Shown here piece by piece: positions 1-5,852 of a DNA stretch of 13,339 nt (its first letter is position 1; every line of letters starts with the position of its first letter). The notes below the pieces were generated by a model. The model did not search any database, was not told where the DNA came from, and was given only the letters and a program-made list of their open reading frames with translations. The DNA is from a virus (Duplodnaviria > Heunggongvirae > Uroviricota > Caudoviricetes), in IMG/VR virus record IMGVR_UViG_2711768040_000006; one strand, given 5' to 3'. Made by a program: the position numbers and the translations under genes.

Positions 1-258
1 ACACAAAATAAAGAACACAAATACAGAAAACAACAACACAATAAAAACAAGAGAACACAAGCTATAAATATTACACCAATAGAGAACACTAATCAAGAAC
101 ATATCAGCACATAATTTCCCATTATACGCGCGTATAATGGGAAATTATGTGCTGATATGTTCTTGATTAGTGTTCTCTATTGGTGTAATATTTATAGCTT
201 GTGTTCTCTTGTTTTTATTGTGTTGTTGTTTTCTGTATTTGTGTTCTTTATTTTGTGT
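1..258. repeat. Perfect palindrome (at least 258 bp, centre between 129 and 130); telRL-like protelomerase resolution site or hairpin-telomere fold-back
   Basis: Bases 1-129 are the exact reverse complement of 130-258, checked base by base. The window starts exactly at the mirror position, so the palindrome may extend further upstream. Confidence 0.85.
102..157. other. telO-like 56-bp core palindrome (TATCAGCAC...CCCATTATACGCGCGTATAATGGG...GTGCTGATA)
   Basis: Same length, same CGCGCG-centred core and same TATCAGCAC/GTGCTGATA outer arms as the N15 telO site as I recall it; inner arms differ slightly. Recollection only, not an alignment. Confidence 0.6.
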
Positions 259-487
259 GAATTATTATTGTTGTTTTACGATCTTTGATTGTGTTCTTTT
301 GTTGGTGAGGATTAGGAGAATAAATAGAGGAAACGTATCTCATTGATGATTTTCATCATGTTTCACTAGTTTTATACGATTTCCTTTCTTTTAAAAAATC
401 CTTTATTATCAATTTGTTATGATCTTGCCGTTGTTTTTTTTTGCATTTAAGGGATAAAACAAAAGATGATTTTGTTCAAATCTTCGT

Positions 488-586
488 CTTTGCCTTTTTT
501 GTTTTACTTTGCTTTTTCTATGTCAATTTGCTAGAAATATGCAAAGCAATAATTATTAAGCAAAGTTATAAGCTGGAGATGACAGT
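488..586 (+). promoter_or_regulatory. sopAB promoter/operator with four CTTTGC boxes (about 488-493 and 507-512 direct; 541-546 and 560-565 inverted) and a GGAG ribosome-binding site at about 574-577
   Basis: CTTTGC hexamers are the SopA autoregulatory motif in the F sopAB promoter. Here there are two direct and two inverted copies, each pair 19 bp apart, immediately upstream of the sopA ATG at 587. Exact -35/-10 not assigned. Confidence 0.5.
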
Positions 587-1756
587 ATGTCTTTGAAAAA
601 GTTATTACAAGATTGTGTTACGCGCGGTCAAGAAATGACCCAAGCAATTGCTATAGCTCAATTCGGTGATGATAGTCCTGAAGCTCGGCGTATCACGCGT
701 AGATGGGGGATAACTGAAGTAGCAGATTTAATTGGTGTAACTCCTCAAGCAATAAGAGATGCTGAGAAGAACGGGCGTTTACCTGCACCTGACTTTGAAA
801 TGAGAGGAAGAGTTGAACGTCGTGCCGGTTATACCATAGATCAAATCAATAGTATGCGAGCTGTTTTTGGCAACCCAAACCAACGGCCACAAGATAAAAA
901 CCCAGTTGTGCTTGCTGTTATGTCACACAAAGGCGGAGTTTATAAAACATCGTCTGCAGTACATCAGGCACAATGGCTAGCATTACAAGGTCATCGTGTT
1001 CTTTTAGTTGAAGGTAACGATCCTCAGGGAACAGCCTCCATGTATCACGGTTATGTACCTGATTTACATATACATGCCGAGGATACTTTACTGCCATTTT
1101 ACTTGGGCGAACGCGATAACGCTGAATATGCTATAAAACCAACATGCTGGCCTGGACTGGACATTATTCCTAGCTGCCTAGCTTTACACCGTATAGAAAC
1201 AGATCTCATGCAATATCATGCTCAGGGTAAATTGCCTCACCCTCCTCACCTGATGCTACGCGCAGCTATAGAATCAGTTTGGGATAACTACGATGTTATC
1301 GTTATAGATAGTGCTCCAAACCTCGGTACAGGAACCATTAACGTTGTTTGCGCAGCTGACGTTATCGTTGTTGCTACCCCTGCAGAATTATTTGATTACG
1401 CCTCTGTTCTACAGTTTTTCACAATGCTTCTCGATCTCCTAGAAAGCGTTGACCTAGGCGGATTTGAGCCGACCGTTCGCTTGCTTCTGACTAAATATAG
1501 TCTCACTACAGGAAATCAATCACGATGGATGGAAGAGCAAATAAGAAATACATGGGGATCAATGGTATTACGTCAGGTTGTACGCGTTACCGATGAAGTA
1601 GGTAAAGGTCAGATAAAAATGCGAACAGTATTTGAACAAGCGGCAAACCAGCGTTCAACACTTAATGCATGGAGAAATGCCGTCTCTATATGGGACCCTG
1701 TTTGTCGAGAAATTTTTGATGATCTAATAAAACCTCGCTGGGAGAACGAAGAATGA
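587..1756 (+). CDS. sopA: Partition ATPase SopA (ParA, type Ia, with N-terminal HTH extension)
   Basis: 389-aa ORF with deviant Walker A KGGVYKTS; extensive similarity to F-plasmid SopA as I recall it (AIAIAQF..DDSPEAR..ITRRW, VLLVEGNDPQGTASMYHG, KPTCWPGLDIIPSCLALHRIE). ATG at 587 with upstream GGAG. Confidence 0.93.
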   Translation: MSLKKLLQDCVTRGQEMTQAIAIAQFGDDSPEARRITRRWGITEVADLIGVTPQAIRDAEKNGRLPAPDFEMRGRVERRAGYTIDQINSMRAVFGNPNQRPQDKNPVVLAVMSHKGGVYKTSSAVHQAQWLALQGHRVLLVEGNDPQGTASMYHGYVPDLHIHAEDTLLPFYLGERDNAEYAIKPTCWPGLDIIPSCLALHRIETDLMQYHAQGKLPHPPHLMLRAAIESVWDNYDVIVIDSAPNLGTGTINVVCAADVIVVATPAELFDYASVLQFFTMLLDLLESVDLGGFEPTVRLLLTKYSLTTGNQSRWMEEQIRNTWGSMVLRQVVRVTDEVGKGQIKMRTVFEQAANQRSTLNAWRNAVSIWDPVCREIFDDLIKPRWENEE

Positions 1757-2742
1757 AACAACGCTCTCTTCTAAAAAATGCTCCGGATATTAATCGCATT
1801 ATGAGTAATAATCATCATGCACCTGAACATCAGCCGGTATCACCTATGGTTGGTGATTTAAAACGTCAACTGAGTTCATTAACCGGTAATAGCATAACTT
1901 TGCCAGTATGCGGACGTAATGTTAACTTTAAGTTAGAGACGATCCCCGCAGATAAAGTAGAAATGGCAACAATGGTATGGCTAGGTAATGAGCGTGATCA
2001 AGATTTATTAAATGAATCTTCTCTAGCTGATTTAATTCCATCTTTTCTAACTTCTGGGCAACAAAATCCGGCTTTCGCAAGAAAAGTGTCAGGTATTGTT
2101 GAAGTAGCTGATGGTTCTCGAAGACGTAAAGCAGCCATTATAACTGGATGCGATTATCGTGTTCTTATTGGCGATTTAGATGATGAACAAATGCAATGGT
2201 TATCGCAGATAGGCAACGACTATAGACCTATCAGCGCCTATGAAAGGGGGAAAAGATACCTGCGAAGGCTCCATGAATTTGACGGTAACGTAAAATCTTT
2301 AGCTGAAGCCGAAGGCGTGGATAGAAATATTATCAGCCGATGTATTAATACAGCCGGTTTACCTAAAGATATATTGGCAATATTTAACCATCCTGGTGAG
2401 TTATCAGCCAGAGCAGGAGACGCTCTTTTTAAAGCATATCAGGGACAGGAAGCAGCCATGAAAAATGCTGCATCTCAGTTGCTGAGGATGAAAAAATCAG
2501 GTGAAAGTTTAGATGCGCAAAGAATAATACAGGCTCTTCATGATTTCATTATTGTTGAGAAAAACAATTCACATGGAGAGAAAAGGGAAAAGAAATATGG
2601 AGACGGTGTTGTGGCGAAATATGGGAAAAATTTCACAACATTAAAATTAGATAACAGAAAAATACCATCGCACCTAATGAGTAAAATTGAATCTATTCTT
2701 GAGGAGGCGTTTGGAAATTCTTCCGATGTAAAAAATAACTAA
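1753..2742 (+). CDS. sopB: Partition centromere-binding protein SopB (ParB family)
   Basis: 329-aa ORF whose ATG overlaps the sopA stop (ATGA, translational coupling). SopB/ParB-like motifs: ITLPVCGR, WLGNERDQ, LIPSFLTSGQQNPAF, ADGSRRRKAA, HPGELSARAGDAL. Confidence 0.9.
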   Translation: MKQRSLLKNAPDINRIMSNNHHAPEHQPVSPMVGDLKRQLSSLTGNSITLPVCGRNVNFKLETIPADKVEMATMVWLGNERDQDLLNESSLADLIPSFLTSGQQNPAFARKVSGIVEVADGSRRRKAAIITGCDYRVLIGDLDDEQMQWLSQIGNDYRPISAYERGKRYLRRLHEFDGNVKSLAEAEGVDRNIISRCINTAGLPKDILAIFNHPGELSARAGDALFKAYQGQEAAMKNAASQLLRMKKSGESLDAQRIIQALHDFIIVEKNNSHGEKREKKYGDGVVAKYGKNFTTLKLDNRKIPSHLMSKIESILEEAFGNSSDVKNN

Positions 2743-2758
2743 TAGCAGAAAATAGAAT

Positions 2759-2796
2759 AGACCCCATCAGTTATAGATGGGGTCTTAATTTTATTC
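2759..2796. terminator. Bidirectional rho-independent terminator between the convergent sopB and small membrane-protein genes
   Basis: 10-bp stem AGACCCCATC / GATGGGGTCT with a 7-nt loop, T-rich on the + side (TAATTTTATTC) and A/T-rich on the other. Could alternatively be a protein-binding inverted repeat. Confidence 0.5.
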
Positions 2797-3093
2797 AAAA
2801 AATATAAATACAAGTAAACACGCCACCACCGGCACAGCAAAATCCATCAGGCTTGCTACATCCCACGCACGCGGATCAAAACCGCCCCACCACGGCATAT
2901 TCATTCGCTTGCCATGCCCGAACATTTCAATCCAGCGATATTCTGCCTGGGTATGTTCACGCGCAATGAAGAACGTACAACCGGCTATCGCCCCGTAAGC
3001 CCAGTTTCCGGTAAAAAGACCAACCAGTACCTGCGCAGCCACAGCACAAAGTGCATGAAGGAAAGGTGTTATATCCATTTTCATCCTACCCAA
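2791..3093 (-). CDS. Hypothetical small membrane protein (two predicted hydrophobic helices)
   Basis: 100-aa ORF with two long hydrophobic stretches (FLHALCAVAAQVLVGLFTGNWAYGAIAGCTFFIA and ASLMDFAVPVVACLLVFIFFE). The track start is TTG; an internal ATG (about 3075) preceded by AGGA is the more likely start. No family recognised. Confidence 0.45.
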   Translation of the reverse strand: MGRMKMDITPFLHALCAVAAQVLVGLFTGNWAYGAIAGCTFFIAREHTQAEYRWIEMFGHGKRMNMPWWGGFDPRAWDVASLMDFAVPVVACLLVFIFFE

Positions 3094-3120
3094 TAAAACG
3101 GGGCGCTCGGCCCCTTAATA
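3094..3120 (-). terminator. Putative rho-independent terminator downstream of the S74 fibre gene
   Basis: On the - strand, GGGGCCGAGCGCCCC hairpin followed by GTTTTATT, immediately after the stop at 3121. Confidence 0.4.
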
Positions 3121-4160
3121 TTATTTAGACGCAAGCGTCGCCTCAATTGCAGATAATCTTTGTTTTAATTCTGCATTTTCTTCTTCCAGTGCTGTTATTC
3201 TGTCGTCTGACTCTCTGGCTACCTGAACAAGCAAGCCAGTAACACCAGAATAATCTACTGTGTAATAACGTTCACCTTCTTCACCTTCCGATCCGCTTGC
3301 ACCGTCCTGATATTTCATTGCGGAACCTACAGCTTCTGGGATTGCTTCCAGAGCTTCCTGTGCAATGACACCAGCATAGGGCATACCGTTTTCTTTAAGC
3401 GTGTATGTATAGCCGTTCATTTTACGGATGCGGTCGGTTGCATTATCGATCACCTGAATGTTGTCTTTCAGATCCCGGTCGGAATGCTGGTTAAATGCGG
3501 TGGCATGACATGCACCATTAACGCTTAACATATAGGTGTTATCGGTATTTTTCTGCGCATAGAACATATAAGCGCCACCATCAACACCGACTTCATAAAC
3601 AACAGGACGGCTGGAGTGCCCCACAATTGAGCAGTAACACCAGCATAAGCGGTTCCCTGTGTGTTTAATGTCATGGTTGACCCATGATTGGCATATTTGA
3701 TCTGTAATGTGTCGGTGTAATCAAATTTAATAAGCGCGTTACTTCCACGCTTGCTGTATGACATAAGGCAGTTACCCATTTTGAGGTATCCGCTGTCACC
3801 GGGAAAAATCATCGTACCGCCATAAAGGTTGGTAAAGTCCCAGCAAATGTTTGTCCCGTTATCGTTCAGGTTAAGGCGCGCCATTGCGTTACCTGGACTG
3901 TCTATCCATTTTTTGAGGTATAGTTCGCAATACGCATCCTCAACACCTGCCGTCCTGTGAGTTGAGCGGAGTTTTCTCCCAAATATAGCTCCGCTAGTTG
4001 GCAATACCTGCTGATACCATGAAGCAGACCAGTCACCAACGATTTCATCTTTGCTGTCTACATATAATTTTGTTGCGTAGCTTCCTTGATCGTTTTTTAA
4101 TTTGCTAACGTCGGATTTTAGCGTTTTGATGTCATCAGGAATTACTGTCGATGTAGCCAT
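3121..4160 (-). pseudogene. Tail-fibre protein with C-terminal intramolecular chaperone (peptidase S74) domain, interrupted by a 1-nt frameshift
   Basis: Two overlapping - strand ORFs in different frames (3525..4160 and 3121..3624). The downstream one carries the S74 auto-chaperone signature HSDRDLKDNIQ..NGYTYTLKENGMPYAGVIAQEALEAIPEAV and a coiled C-terminus. Adding one G to the short G run near 3619-3622 would fuse them as ...TAQLWG-HSSRPVVYEV... (about 346 aa). Confidence 0.65.
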
Positions 4161-4169
4161 TTTTCTTCC

Positions 4170-4451
4170 TCACATCCAGCCACGAAGTTGATGCTCAACA
4201 GCAACCACGTATTCATCGAATAATGACGATATTTGCGAATCATTAATGATGCGCACGTTTACAAAATATCCGTCTTCCTTAACACATACCGGTTCGCCAT
4301 CTTCAGTCAGTTCTCCGGTTTCTTTGTACACGTTACCTATCACGTCAATAAGAATATCATCCTGCATCGACTCATCATCATAATAGCCGATACTCTCCAT
4401 AAAGGCCGAAAAGTCGGCCCTGTCGGCAAATTTGAGTGTTAAATCTTTCAT
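4170..4451 (-). CDS. Hypothetical small acidic protein (93 aa) between stf and the S74 fibre gene
   Basis: ORF with ATG at 4451. By my reconstruction its ATG overlaps the native (pre-IS2) stf stop as TAATG, suggesting translational coupling to stf. No family recognised; not lambda Tfa-like. Confidence 0.5.
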   Translation of the reverse strand: MKDLTLKFADRADFSAFMESIGYYDDESMQDDILIDVIGNVYKETGELTEDGEPVCVKEDGYFVNVRIINDSQISSLFDEYVVAVEHQLRGWM

Positions 4452-4532
4452 TAGATTGACTCCCCCACCTGAGCATCAGTCAATGCCTTGTGCCATATTC
4501 TGAAATTCCTGATATGACCAAATAAATGACGT

Positions 4533-4537
4533 GACCC
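4533..4537. repeat. Target-site duplication GACCC (IS2, right flank copy)
   Basis: 5-bp direct repeat immediately outside the IS2 terminus; a 5-bp duplication is characteristic of IS2. Confidence 0.6.
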
Positions 4538-4548
4538 TGGATTTGCCC

Positions 4549-5454
4549 CTATATTTCCAGACACCTGTTATCACTTAACCCATTACTGGCCTGCTGCCGC
4601 AGATATTCCCGTGGCGAGCGATAACCCAGTGCACTATGCGGATGCCATTCGTTATAATGCTCGAACGCCTCTGCAAGGTTCTTTGCTGCCGTTAACCCGT
4701 CTGGTTTAGGCATGATACTGATGTAGTCACGCTTTATCGTTTTCACGAAGCTCTCTGCTATGCCGTTACTCTCCGGACTCCGCACCGCCGTGTTCTTCGG
4801 TTCAAGCCCCAACATCCGGGCAAACTGCCGTGTTTCATTAGCCCGGTAGCATGAACCATTATCCGTCAGCCACTCTACTGGAGACGCCGGAAGCTCGTTG
4901 CCGAAGCGGCGTTCCACCGCTCCCAGCATGACGTCCTGTACTGTTTCACTGTCGAAGCCGCCCGTAGTGACTGCCCAGTGCAGTGCCTCACGGTCACAGC
5001 AGTCCAGCGCGAACGTGACTCGCAGTTTTTCTCCGTTATCACAGCGGAACTCGAACCCGTCAGAGCACCATCGTTGATTGCTTTCTTTCACGGCCACTTT
5101 GCCAGTATGTGCCCGTTTCGATGGCGGTACAGCGGTTTTTCGCTCAAGCAACAGCGCATTCTGGCGCATGATCCGGTAAACACGTTTGGCATTGATCGCA
5201 GGCATACCATCAAGTTCGGCCTGTCTGCGAAGCAGCGCCCATACCCGACGATAACCATACGTGGGCAGCTCTCCGATAACATGGTGTATACGGAGAAGCA
5301 CATCCGTATCATCTGAGTGACGGCTGCGGCGACCATCTTTCCAGTCATCGGTTCGTCTGAGAATTACGTGCAACTGCGCACGCGACACCCGGAGACAACG
5401 GCTGACTAAGCTTACTCCCCATCCCCGGGCAATAAGGGCGCGTGCGCTATCCAC
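4549..5454 (-). CDS. insD: IS2 transposase OrfB (InsD, DDE integrase-like catalytic domain)
   Basis: 301-aa ORF matching IS2 InsD as I recall it ([28 protein letters not shown]...). Naturally expressed as an OrfAB fusion by -1 frameshifting. Confidence 0.9.
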
Positions 5455-5777
5455 TTTTTTGCACGCCCGTATTCAACGGCTTCTTTAAGGAGTTCATTTT
5501 CCATCGTTTTTTTGCCGAGCAGGCGCTGGAGTTCTTTAATCTGCTTCATGGCAGCAGCAAGTTCAGAGGCAGGAACGACCTGCTCTCCTGCGGCCACAGC
5601 AGTAAGACTTCCCTCCTGGTATTGCTTGCGCCAGAGAAATAACTGGCTGGCTGCCACACCGTGTTGCCGGGCAACAAGGGAGACCGTCATTCCCGGTTCA
5701 AAACTCTGCTGAACAATAGCGATCTTTTCCTGTGTAGTACGCCGTCTGCGTTTCTCCGGTCCTAAGACATCAATCAT
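5412..5777 (-). CDS. insC: IS2 OrfA (InsC, HTH DNA-binding protein)
   Basis: The track ORF 5412..5822 begins at an upstream alternative start. The canonical InsC begins at the internal ATG giving [24 protein letters not shown]... (121 aa). Confidence 0.85.
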
Positions 5778-5852
5778 CTGCTCTCCAATGACTAGTCTAA
5801 AAACTAGTATTAAGACTATCACTTATTTAAGTGATATTGGTTGTCTGGAGAT

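Noticed and set aside
1-480. AT-rich repeat region as a plasmid iteron origin (oriV)
   Set aside because: The dominant structure is a perfect palindrome with a telO-like core adjacent to sopA, which fits a protelomerase site better; no Rep gene or DnaA-box cluster is visible in the window.
2914-3096. 60-aa + strand ORF overlapping the small membrane-protein gene
   Set aside because: The opposite-strand ORF has coherent transmembrane helices, a ribosome-binding site and a terminator; the + strand ORF has none and would run convergent into the sopB terminator.
4233-4442. 69-aa + strand ORF antisense to the 93-aa acidic ORF
   Set aside because: It overlaps a - strand ORF that fits the operon context (coupled to stf); no independent support.
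4978-5712. ORFs inside IS2 other than insC/insD (4978..5316 +, 5088..5348 -, 5442..5642 +, 5512..5712 +)
   Set aside because: They overlap the well-defined IS2 orfA/orfB and have no recognisable features.
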